From positions 166,470,001 through 166,534,000 of the forward strand of contig OZ024740.1 in NCBI GenBank assembly GCA_964016885.1: a stretch of 64,000 nt of DNA, in the 5' to 3' direction. Position numbers and translations under genes: made by a program. This document shows, one piece after another, positions 51,690-64,000 of this stretch. The first letter of the stretch is position 1. Each line of letters opens with the position of its first letter. This DNA is from Eledone cirrhosa (taxonomy: Eukaryota). The notes under the pieces were generated by a model, which was given only the letters and a program-made list of their open reading frames with translations, did no database searches and was not told where the DNA came from.

Positions 51690-52859
51690 ATTATTAGTGA
51701 TGATTTGGTTGTACTTATATATTTGTATCTTTGTATTAATAGTATGTTTAACTATTAGTGGAATAGTCTGTCTTTCATATTATGTAACTCTAGATGTTAC
51801 ACAGTGTTTGCTCAAGAGACGAACCTCAAACTATTTATATTTCTGCTTTGACCTAGACCATTTCCTATCGTGCTGTCTTATAATCATAGGCGCTCCCTCT
51901 ATGATATTTCAGTGTTTCTAAGATGTATTCAGGATTCCATTATCCAAATTGTATTTCTTTTCTTTTCTTGAATGAGATTTGGCTGTAATTTCCATCATAT
52001 TCTTAGGCTACATAGGGCTTTTCCATATCGACATATTGCTCTGCGATAGGTATTTAAATTAGTTAAGCGGCTAAGGAATCTGTGTTCAAAATGAAGTATT
52101 GTAAAATTGATGAGTGGTTCTATTAAATAGTTTTTTCTACAGAAAAAAATGATCTCTAATTTAGGTACAAAGTCCATCACTTTTTAGTGGAGGAGAAACC
52201 GATTATCGACCGCACTACTTCAAAAGTAATCATATTTATTGACCCTGGACATATGAAAGTAAATTTGATCTCGGCAGAATGTGAATTCAGAGTGTAGAGT
52301 GTTATGTAAATCACTGTATACGGAACTCCAACGATTTTGCTAATCTAACAATCTTGTTTTTTGTTCTAAATATATAACAAGGCAGTCGATATACAAATAT
52401 ATGCAATAGCGAAATAGATCGCTCTTCTGAATCAGCTGGGCAGCAATATATTTTGTCTTTGTTACGGTACATGACACTTCTTTGAATCAATCATAATTGA
52501 TCCTAGATTATCAGTTGAAACCAAAGAAAATACGTCGCAGAAGAGCTATTTGAACCATCTAAAATCACGCACAAGTTCTGTTGTATTTTGTATTCTGTTG
52601 TATTTATCAAATAAATGGAAAATGAATATAGTAGTCATTTCATTTGGCGTAACTGATATAATGATCATGATTTCTAAAATAACCTCAGCGCCAGAAATTT
52701 GAGAAAACTGTTGAATAATTTTATTCCAATACTTGACTGATCACTAGTCTAGCAATCCCGGGAGGAAAAATGAAAATCCGAGCTCAGTCAGATTTGAATG
52801 TAGCATGTGAAATGGGGCACTTGTTAATTACTCTACCGATTCTATCCCCAAACTACATT

Positions 52860-53403
52860 GAAATTATAATCATAATGATTTCTAAGATTGATCTCCTCCT
52901 CTTCCTCCCCCTCCTCCTCCTCCTCCTCCTCCTCCTCATCATCATCATCATCATCCTCATCATCATCATCATGAATATCAGTAACGGTATTTTCCTCATC
53001 ACTCACGGCACCAGTAATTACAAGTACAGCAGAAGCAGCAACAAAATCACAAACAGCAGCACCAGAGACGGCAATATATAAAGAAGAATACAAATATAAA
53101 CCGTTGAAAATTGTAAACTGGTGCTATAACAACAATTGCATTTTCGAAAATTGTATTTACGACAAATGACGAAAACAAAATATAATTAGCGTGACCATTA
53201 ACATCATCTACAACAAAAACAACAGCAATAACAGCACTGGCACCCCCAACACTAAGGCCACCTCCTACAATCAACACAATAACCACCATCATCCCAATTA
53301 AGACCCGCAGCAAAACCACCACAATCACCAACACCACCAACACCGCCACTGCGACCATCAACAACAAAAACAACAACGACATCACTAACAAAAACAACGT
53401 CAA

Positions 53404-53460
<57 letters not shown>

Positions 53461-54620
53461 CATCAATCATTTCAACAGCACTACCACATATCACTACTAT
53501 TACCATCAGAACTTTCAACATCACCTCTAATAACAACAACACTAACAACCAAACCATTACCACATGCATTACACCATCTCCACCAGCAGCAGCTCAGCAC
53601 CACCACCACCATCATCACCACCCACAGTAACTGCAACAAAAACTTCAACTACAACAGCATCAATAACAACAGCATCAATAACAACAACATCGCCACTTAC
53701 ACTTCCGATAGGACTACCACCACCACCACCACTACACCCACCACAGCCTCTAACACGAACAACAGCTAAGATAAACAACACAACAAAGATACTAAGCAAC
53801 AAGTATAAACCAAACAAACAGCAATAACAGCAACAACGTTTAACACCTGCAGGAATATACAAAATCCTCAAGAGCATCACTACAGTAATATTGTGCTTGT
53901 TAAACCCCCCTTGTTATTCGCCCTGTAAGCCCATTAGCTTTGGCATCTTAGTGTCTGTTAGCAGCAACAGCAACACTTGAGATCTCATTAATGTTGCAGT
54001 TATTATCACCATTAAAATCACTGGTTCTTTTCGTTATTGTCAATTAGCGAAATCTATAATCATCACCGTTTTTACTGTCACTACTATCACTACTATCAAT
54101 GTCCCCGTCAACAAGGTCACTCTTATAATCCCCGCAATATCCCCACCGCCATCAAAAACAACACCAATAACATCACTACAAATACCACCAAGAACAACCA
54201 CAACAACCACAACAACTACAACCCCCACAACCATTTATACAATCAACAATATCGCCAGCACTTCCATCTCCACTACCATCTCCACTATCACCGTTAGCAC
54301 GCCACAAGCACCACCATCATACCTACCAGCATGATTTCCACCACTAACTGCATTGTCAGTACCACCACAAACTACTAAACGCAAAAGAAAGAACATTGAC
54401 AACAACAAAAATATCATCACAAAAAAAAAAAAAAAAATATCCAACACTACCATCAACAGCAACGAATAAACATTACCGCTATCCCCACCTCCACCAATAT
54501 CACCACCAAATCCACCCGCATCACAACTTTCTATAACTAGCACCGCTAATATCACTATCATTACTATGATGATCTGCTCTTTTTCACCCCTCACACCACA
54601 AACTCATTGAACTACATCAT
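52860..54620. repeat. Degenerate trinucleotide low-complexity region (CAC/CAA/CAT/TAC/CTC)
   Basis: Strand-biased triplet repeats. The ORFs here are homopolymeric artefacts. Confidence 0.85.
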
Positions 54621-54662
54621 CTCTGCTACTGATATCAACGGGATTCCTTCACTTTTAATAAT

Positions 54663-54817
54663 TGTTTCTACTTTAGGCACAAGAGCAGCAATTATCCAGT
54701 GCATTACTGGTACTTTATTTTATCGACCCCGTAAGGATGAAAGGCAAAGTCAACCTCGGCGGGATTTGAACTCAGATCGTAAAGGGACGTAACTATGCTA
54801 GAAAGCATGGCGTCCAA
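54663..54817 (-). mobile_element. SINE, 5'-truncated, 17-bp TSD
   Basis: CCTTCACTTTTAATAAT at 54646-54662 and 54818-54834. Confidence 0.92.
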
Positions 54818-56941
54818 CCTTCACTTTTAATAATGCTACCATTATAAGGACTTCCAATAAACCCTATCACCATTGACAACCAAAAACAGTTTATTTGCGG
54901 CTTAATTTATCTTAAAGAAATAGCAGTCAAATATCCCTAAAATATAATACATATTCACCTTTTCTCCTCACTCTCATTCACCTATTAAGTACTTTACCTT
55001 CACCATCGCTGCAATTATCAACAATAATGATAGAATCTCTATGTAGTCAATCAACTTAGTAGAAATAATATCCAAATCACAGTCTAACTTCTTAAAAAAA
55101 GTAATGGACACACTAAATAGTTTTCTGAGCTCTGAGATGAAAAAAACCCGCAAAAGACACCTTTGTCTTCCATGGTTTCGGAGTTGTTACAATATTGGAG
55201 GAGATATAAATTGGTATCTGGGCTAAATACTTGATTTTTTTATTTTTGTTTGTTGTTATTTTGTGGCAAACATAATTCGTAGCCCGGTTTAATGCCACCG
55301 AACTTCCTTCTACTCATCAGCAATTCTCGGATAGAAACAAATGTTGGAAATTCTGACCATCATTTTCTAACTATTAAAAACCAACAACACCCCGCCATCT
55401 TAATAATCTTACGACACCTCCGACTGACTTACATCTAGATATACTAACATTTAAAAAAAAATATGGGATAGTTACGCTTGGACTACATTTGACCAAAATT
55501 CACTGAGGGTTGATCTGCAGAATGAGAAATAACACAAAAGTATGCAGAAATACATCTCTATCAATATTAACATTTACTGATACTTTTAATGTATAAAAAT
55601 GTTTACCAGTGTTTCGATTGCCATTAATAACCATATCTGATATAAACAGAATGCCTTTCGTTTGTGTAGAAGGAAAAAAGTCAACTGACAGGACCTTGTT
55701 CGAACTTTACATTTTTGATCCTGGAAAGATGAAAGGCAAAAGTGACTTGGGCAGGATTAGAATTCAAGAATGTAAAGAGCCGAAACATCTATTGCAAGGA
55801 CTTTTAACGGCTCTTTATCATTTCTCGCATTCCCCACCCTGCTAACAGAGTCGATCACCACCACCAACAAATAATCGTTAACATAGCCGACCTTATTACT
55901 AGAACATTTTTATGCTAAATGAGACAAAAAAGGATTTATCTTTCATAAACATTCACAACACCATTCATAGTACAAACACACACAGAAAAAACCCAAGAAC
56001 ACGCGGAAACTTTTGGATTAGCATATTTAACAGTTTTTTGTGTTGTTCTGTACTGAGTAATTTTCGTCACATCAAGACAACATTTGCTAATATTTTTCTT
56101 CTTTTTTTCTTTTTTAATATTTCTTTGTCGTATCTCTTGAACATTTTCTTTTTTTACCTGCTTTCTTTTTACACATAGATTTAATATCTGTCTCACAATA
56201 TATGCACGTCCATTTAGCACACACAAGCTCTAAGCACACATACAAATGAAGGAGCGACCATGTTCATAATTTGTTCATACTTGCAGTCACATATATGTAT
56301 GTATCATACACACACAAACGGTCGCACCTATACATATATATAATCAATATTTTATGTTGAGATTATTCTAGCAAGGTGTAAAAATTGGGAAAGAATCAGT
56401 AACAAATTATGTTAAAATTCAAGAAGATTTCTCCTTTAAATATCAAAAATATATAGTATTAATAAGTTATTAAATGGAAGCATAACATTAACCGAGATTC
56501 TACTGCTGTTCAACACTCTCAGGTACATCTGTTATCAACCCCTTTACAAAGTAGTAGTGATCAAATCTCTTAAATGCTGCTCAACATCTCATTCTCATAA
56601 TTTAAGCAAGTGCCTATTTTTAGTCAGGTCCCTACTATTAGTCATGTCTCAGCGGTATATAGCGGTATGTCTTGTGCTACGCATCTCGTAATGTCTGCAT
56701 TTCTTCGGGATGCTCTAGGATATGTTGAGATCATCAAATTTCTGTTTTGATTACCAGATGAAACTTAGACCTTCGTTGCAATATATTTCATCGTCAAGGC
56801 TCTTTCGGTTATGTGATCATAGCGTATTAAGGTGGTGCTTTAATCCGGGTTAATCAATTTAATATCTCCTCCATATACAATAGCCTCCGTTTTGCAAGAT
56901 ACATACATATTTAATACATACATAACACACAAACACACAAG

Positions 56942-57033
<92 letters not shown>

Positions 57034-57635
57034 TGGTTACACAACAGTTAGTTCACCATACCGATGACAATTGTTTCACCATAGTGGATCCTCAAGTGTA
57101 ATATATATATATGACCAGGCGTTTGCCCGATATAGGTCTGTTATTTTTCTTAATTTACTACTTAAAATTAAGTCTGACAAACCATATTGCTGTAGTTAGT
57201 ATTTTTTCACCCTAGCAAACCTAGTCCTTACGATTCGAACACATGTATGTTTATATTAGTGTTCATCTATCTTGTTTATTCAATTATATTACGCGGCTCG
57301 GAAAAGCTTTTTTCTTAGAGCTATTTAATTGTAAGAGACTACTCTGAGTTTCTAACTCACTATATATATGTATATATATATATGCATACATACACATACA
57401 TACGTTAAAACACACACACACACATACATACATATACACACACAAACATATACCTGCACATACACCTAGGTGTGTATGTATGTGTACTTCTGTATAATTT
57501 TCATTTCACCCATATTAATGTTTTTCTTTTTATTTCACTCTATAGATATTCCTGAAAGTAGGGGAATTGTTCAGTTATACGTTTTTTGGTGACTGTCTGT
57601 GAATTGGAATAGATATCTATATATGTTTAAACACC

Positions 57636-57818
57636 ATTGGCTGTATCGGTAGAATGTCAGACACCATGCTTTGCAGCATAGAGTTATGGGCCTTTACGTT
57701 CTGAGTTCAAATCCCGACTTGGTTAACTTTGCCTTTCATTCTTACAGGGGTTGATCAGATAAAGTACCAGTAATGCACTGGAATAATTGCTGGCCTTGTG
57801 CCAAAAGAAGAAACAATT
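57636..57818 (+). mobile_element. SINE
   Basis: GTTCAAATCCC B box and family 3' end GGCCTTGTGCCAAAAGAAGAAACAATT. Confidence 0.87.
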
Positions 57819-58261
57819 AGTATATACACAGACTTACATATATGTACACAAAATATACATATATATCATTTCACATATATGTGTCAATATAAATGGATGT
57901 TTTATATTTTCCATGGGGGCTTCATGTGTGAATTGGAGCAACATATGTGAAATTTCACAGAAACAGTGTTTACAATTACCACGAATAACGATGCTTGAAA
58001 ATTAAATTGTATATCAATTACTAATACCAATAATCCTGAAGACGTTTGTGGGGAATTTGTTGATAAAGATGATCATGTCGATGAGGGTGATAATGATGAC
58101 AACGACGATGAACTTGCTGCTGATGACGACAATGATGATGATGATTGTGGTGATATAGATTACTACTACTACTACTACTACTATTGCTGCTGCTCTTGCT
58201 ACTACTGCTACTACTACTACTACTACTACTACTACTAATACCACTACTACTACTACATAGT

Positions 58262-58465
58262 GACCACAAGCTAGAGTCGATAGAAAAACGATCGAGTGAA
58301 GGTGCTGTGGGATTTCAGGATACAAACGGACAGAGAATTAGAACACAATAGACCTGACCTGCTGATCCTTGATACGTCCACAATATCTGAGACTGTAGGT
58401 AGCGGCTCGATGTCCATTAGGGCAAATTTGCGCGATAAATAATATCAATGACTGTGACATCAAAT
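58262..58465 (+). mobile_element. Old Dong 3' remnant with an internal deletion
   Basis: GTGAAGGTGCTGTGGGATTT..GAACACAATAGACCTGACCTG, then a jump to AATATCTGAGACTGTAGGTAGCGGCT (3' UTR). Confidence 0.8.
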
Positions 58466-58477
58466 GCATAGTAGCAA

Positions 58478-58666
58478 TAATTGTTTCTACTTTTGGCACA
58501 AGGCCAGAAAATATTCCATTGCATTACTGGTACTTTATTTTATCGACCTCGTAAGGATGAAAGGCAAAGTTAACCTCGGCGGGATTTGAACTCAGAACGC
58601 AAAGGGCCGTAATTCTAACCGCTGAGTGTGTTGCCCGATGCTCAACCGATTCTGCCAATCCACCGC
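58478..58666 (-). mobile_element. SINE
   Basis: Reverse complement of the family consensus, from tail to CTGCCAATCCACCGC. Confidence 0.88.
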
Positions 58667-58865
58667 TCAATATTTTATTAGATAAAATGAAGTTGTAGAA
58701 ACATAAGAATAATAAAGAGAAAATAAAGACAACAACGAAGACAATGATGATAAAGAGGTAGAGAGGGTTGAGAATGCAGAGGAAGCGGCTGGGATAATGG
58801 TGTTGTGAATGATGTTAATGATGAAGACAATAATAATTCATACCATTGTATTTTATGTTAAATGT

Positions 58866-58897
<32 letters not shown>

Positions 58898-59243
58898 GTT
58901 ATTGTTTAGATAAAATATTATCAGCTAGAAATAATAAATAATAAATAAATATCATAAAATATTTGTGAAAATAAGAGAAAAGAAAGTGAAATACGTAAGA
59001 AAAATAATTTGCCGAATGAAATGGAAATGTATCTCACATAAAAGGTAGGGGGAGATTATTTTAAATAAAATAAGATTTACATTGTACTGAGAAAAACAGC
59101 AAATTACCCGAGAAATAACATTGTTGCGTGTAAGAATAAATGTGTATGAGTTTGTATGTGTGTTTATAAGTTTATATATATATATATTTACATATATATA
59201 CATATATATACATCCATATATACACACACATACACACACACAC

Positions 59244-59274
<31 letters not shown>

Positions 59275-60752
59275 ATATATACATCAATGTATATATATAT
59301 ATATTTGAATGCACATATAAATATTCAAATATAATTATGATATCATTAAGCGTTGGAAGTTAATGTGAATTAGATTTGAGTGTTTTCTGTGATTTGTTTC
59401 TTTTTTTTTTACTTCTAAATTCATATTTATTTATAGAATTTTCAATATTTTCCATAACCATAATGAAACAATTGAAATTAATCATGTGACTAATCCTTAT
59501 ATACATACATACATACATACATACATACACACACTTAAACACACACACACACACATATATATATATATTTATATATATATACATTTATATATATATATAC
59601 ATTTATGTATATATACATGCTTGCATATATACACAAATAAGTAGAGTGACACATTTATATAAACAACTAGAACCGCTCTCATACACATTTCAAATTAGCT
59701 TTAAACATCCATTTTCTACTTGACGAAATACAACATTCGCACATAATCTCAAAGAAGCGCACATCCGCAAATACACAAAGTCCCATTTCCACAGACACAC
59801 ACACACACATAGACATGCATCCACACATCTACACATACCCACACATTTCACTATCTCTCTCTAAAAATATATATATATATATATATATAATATTGTTTAA
59901 ATTTTAACTATACTAAATAAGCTCTCGTGCAATCTTTAAATATATATCATAAATAGCTACTCATAAAATGTTGAGTAGATAGACGTTTTTAAGTTGACTG
60001 CTATTTCTAGTAAAACGTTTTTCTCGTCACCTTGTCTTTATTATATTTTAGTCGTCTCTCTGATGATATCTTTGTGTTTCGCTGTTTACTGATGATCGGA
60101 CAACTGTACATATCGCAAATAAAAATCGTTTAACTAATATTATAATGATCTAATTAGGGAAAAGCGCAGACTAGCAACTCAGTAATATAGCTCAGTAATA
60201 ACATCATTATACAATATTCATTATATTAAATATACACACATATTATATGTGTATGGGTTTGAATATTCAGAAACAGGCTAAACAAGTTTAATATTTGTGA
60301 TTCCCCCCCCCCCCCCCCCGTATGGCCATGACCAACTTGCTGCTGCCAGTGAAAGAGAAAAGGATAGAGAATATTCATGCATTTCTCGTGTTTTATTTCT
60401 CTCTCGCCCCCTCTGTCTGTCACTCTCGCATGCATGTGTGTCTCTTTAAGCGCGCGTATGTACTGTCTGTGAGTATAGTGTACGCGTAGTTAAGATACGA
60501 CATTAGTTTATGCATATTTGGTTAAGCGAACGCCGGAAATATTGTTAGCTAATAAAATGTTGGACAGAGGAGATAAAAATAGAAATAGACAACACCAATC
60601 ATGTAGTATCGGCAATTACCGCATAAATGTGTTTGAGTAGAGTTAGGGACCGATATAGTTTTATGGTTGGTTTGTGTTAAGAAGTACACACGTCCATACG
60701 CAATCCGCCATACACATCCCTGAGTGTTTTTGAGGACGTTTTCTCCACACAC

Positions 60753-60892
<140 letters not shown>

Positions 60893-61323
60893 GTATATGT
60901 ATATATATAATTGTATATGTATATACATATACGTATATAGTTTATGTGTGTTTCTATATTACACTCCCATGTAAGATGAAACTAACCAAAGCTATAAGAT
61001 AGATCATATAAAACGAATTAATGACATAAATGAACTTGTAATTTGATAGCTTAATGTTGATATTGATTATATATATATATAAATATATATATATGTGTAT
61101 GTGTGTGTGTGTGCCTGTGTGTGCATGTTTCTTCGTGCTGGTGTGCGTGGGTATGTATCGTTTTGATTTATATAACCCTTTGTTTAATCAGCTCTCACCG
61201 ACTTCATTACTTTGCAATTATTGATTAAATATACGACTAAGTATATAAATTACAAATGCTATAAATATTACAATAATACATTTCCAAATATAAGCACATA
61301 AATAGATACACAAACACACACAT

Positions 61324-61429
<106 letters not shown>

Positions 61430-62984
61430 TGTGTATGTATGTGTGTGTATATTAGGCGTAGAAAGAACAACTACAATAGATGAAAATAATGTCAATGAGA
61501 AAATAAGAGAGTAAAAGGAACGGGGAATCAAAGACGGAGAAACTGAAATAATTGCAGAGAGACAGTAAAACAGAGAAAGACGAAGAAAGAAGTCCAGTCA
61601 CTAGCTAACCATTGTTAGATACCACAAAGTATCATACGTTTATGGTTACGGCTGCATAAGCATCCACTTCCGCAAGTGACAAATAATTGTGAAGTAAGCA
61701 ATACACCCGTGTAACGAAAACAGAACAAAAAATGAAAATTCTTTGATGAGAAAACACATCTAAATCATAATCTAAAATATAAAAATAAGCATGTTGTGGC
61801 ATAAGGACTTTCCACAGTGAGCTTATTGTTTCTAGATGCCAATTTTTTACTGAAAATTACAACTTCCTGTAGAAGAGAAAATGTAATACATGTTCAGAAA
61901 AACATTGAACTTGAAACTTATAAATTCAAATAATGAAAATGTACAATTACGAGATATGGTATGTTATAATAAGGGACAAACTTTATGTTAACCCTGTGCA
62001 AGAAATAATCACAAAAGATTTGGTAATAAAAGAGCCGAAAGAAAATAAAATGTTTCCAGATAGCTGGAAAGGATAACTGTTCTACCTGTCTGACCAAAAA
62101 GACGATAGTAGTAACATAGTACCTACAGTGGCAGTGATGGAAGGCACAAGGAGGGGAAATGAAAAGAACAGAACAATGTGTGAAAGTCGTTGCAAAAACG
62201 ATAACCGTTGAACAATTATAGAGGAGAAAAACCCTCGTTAACTACTATTAGGCAACAGAAGAAGAAGAAGAAGAAGAAGAAGAAGAAGAAGAAGAAGAAG
62301 AAGAAAATATATATGTCGGTAGTGCTACTCTTCTAATTGCCAGGAAACCTCAGTTAATCGTAACACTATATGTGACATTTTAAATCTCTAATGTATATGC
62401 ATTATTCTGCTTAACACTCCGTTGAAGTATTTTCCACCGGTTCTATTGTTGATATTCATAACCAAACTCACTATGCTTTCATTTTATTTGATGATCACAT
62501 TGAATTTTATTCATTTAAGATGATATTGTTTATTTTTGAAGTTTCCCACAATCTCCATAACATAACGCGTAATGCCGATGTTTTATCTCCAAGGGTTTCA
62601 ATTATTTTAAACGTTCAAATAAGAAAAGTAAACACATACCTTTTTTATGCAAACATGCTGGTGAATAAGCCAGGAGGTTATCCACAAACTGGTAACCTTG
62701 TCGGAATGATGGCATCAAACGAAATCCGCTTAGAGGACTGAAGAAGAGGTAGTAGTGATAAACATAGCGATAAATTTGGTTTACCACCCAAACTGGAACA
62801 AATGTCACAGGGCATATTGTATACTAAACATACATTATGGCTTGCTATCTAAGAAATCTGCGGTTTGGCTAATATTATTCAGAGTTTTAACTGCAAAGAC
62901 AATCGCAGTTAATTTAAGTTCTAGAGAATAGCACCGTGAAGTACTCTCAAGCAATGCAATTCTATGTATGTATGCATAAAATTC

Positions 62985-63907
62985 TTCTAGATATTTCTCT
63001 GTCTATTAATTACTTTCACCACACCCTCTCTACTACCATCTTCATTAGACAAACAAACTCCCAATCTTACCTCGACTTCACCTCCTCCCATCCAACCCAC
63101 ACCAAATACTCCATTTCCTATTCCCAATTCTTCTGACTTCGTCGGCTCTGTAGCCAGGACGACGATTTCGAAACCAATTCCCTTCGCGTGGCTCCCTGTT
63201 CATCCAGCGTGGATATCCCCCCCCCCCCCTGATCAAAGCTGCTAACACCCGCGCCCGTGAAACAGACCGCAGAGGAGACTTCTCACCTCACTCCCGCGCC
63301 CAACACGCGTTCCTTTCTCTCTTACCTACCACCCCATCTCCATACCATTCCGCCGACATATCCTGCGTTCCTTCTGCATCTTCTCTTCTGACCCCGGCAC
63401 TTCTCGCTTTTTTCCAAACCCACCCACTACTGCTTTTAAGCGCGCCCGCGACCTCCGCGACTCCCTGGTTTGCAGTTCCTTCTCGTCCGCTCCCACGACT
63501 CCACCTGGCTCTCATCCTTGTTCCCGTTCCCGTTGCAGCACGTGTCCCTTCATTTCCACCCTCACCTACAGGCCCTAACTGGTTTTTCCGTATCCGCTAG
63601 CTGCACATCCACCCACGTTGTCTATGCCCTCCGGTATTCCCTTTGCGGGTCTTTGCATATCGGAGAAACGGTACGCCGTATGGCGGACCGTTTTGCCGAG
63701 CATTTGAGGGATATACGATTCGGTTTGGATACTCCTGTCGCCCGTCATTTCTGTTTTCCTGGTCATCCTTCCCTGCATCTTTCAGTCCTGGGTGTCCTTT
63801 TACATCATGGATCACAGGCTTCGCGCACCAGGACTGAACAAAGTCTGATTCACCTCCTTGGGTCCTATTCCCCACTTGGACACACCTCACCTCCCCAATT
63901 TCTCTAA
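62985..63907 (+). mobile_element. Penelope-like element of a second clade (Neptune-like): RT thumb plus GIY-YIG fragment
   Basis: TNSQSYLDFTSSHPTHTKYSISYSQF*LRRLCS, then CTSTHVVYALRYSLCGSLHIGETVRRMADRFAEHLRDI..PVARHF..H..EQSLIHLLGS. Confidence 0.85.
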
Positions 63908-64000
63908 TACCCCGCCCATTATCACACCCATAGATTCCTATCGCTTTCTCTTGATCATTAAACTCTCTTACAACTAATATATGCCGACTATATATGCTCA

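Noticed and set aside
56460-56860. Very old LINE remnant on the minus strand
   Set aside because: Only a vague resemblance with no intact motif, so it is too weak to call. The same applies to 25600-25800 and 30000-30400.

Overview
AT-rich, repeat-dominated eukaryotic DNA with no recognisable host protein-coding gene. It is probably an octopod cephalopod, inferred from an abundant tRNA-derived SINE resembling known octopus SINEs. Contents: (1) two Penelope-like (PLE, Naiad-like) retroelement copies joined head-to-head (about 2.7-7.1 kb); (2) a 6.6-kb, almost invariant array of a 310-bp monomer (7104-13739) in two oppositely oriented blocks. Each monomer carries a minimal type I hammerhead ribozyme (21 complete copies), so this is a candidate non-LTR retrozyme / circular-RNA replicon. 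One block ends within 1 nt of the predicted self-cleavage site, and both blocks end in (TA)n like the neighbouring PLE; (3) a fold-back element with an internal micro-inversion; (4) an RTE LINE fragment; (5) two tandem 7SL (SRP) RNA copies, the second unit interrupted by a CRE-clade retroelement; (6) a cluster of (TAA)n-associated R4/Dong elements, two lying tail-to-tail with Tx1-clade LINEs; (7) many SINEs with target-site duplications (TSDs), microsatellites, and a second, Neptune-like PLE fragment at the right end. All coding remnants are disrupted by stops or frameshifts. Everything was read by eye: no folding, alignment or database search was run.
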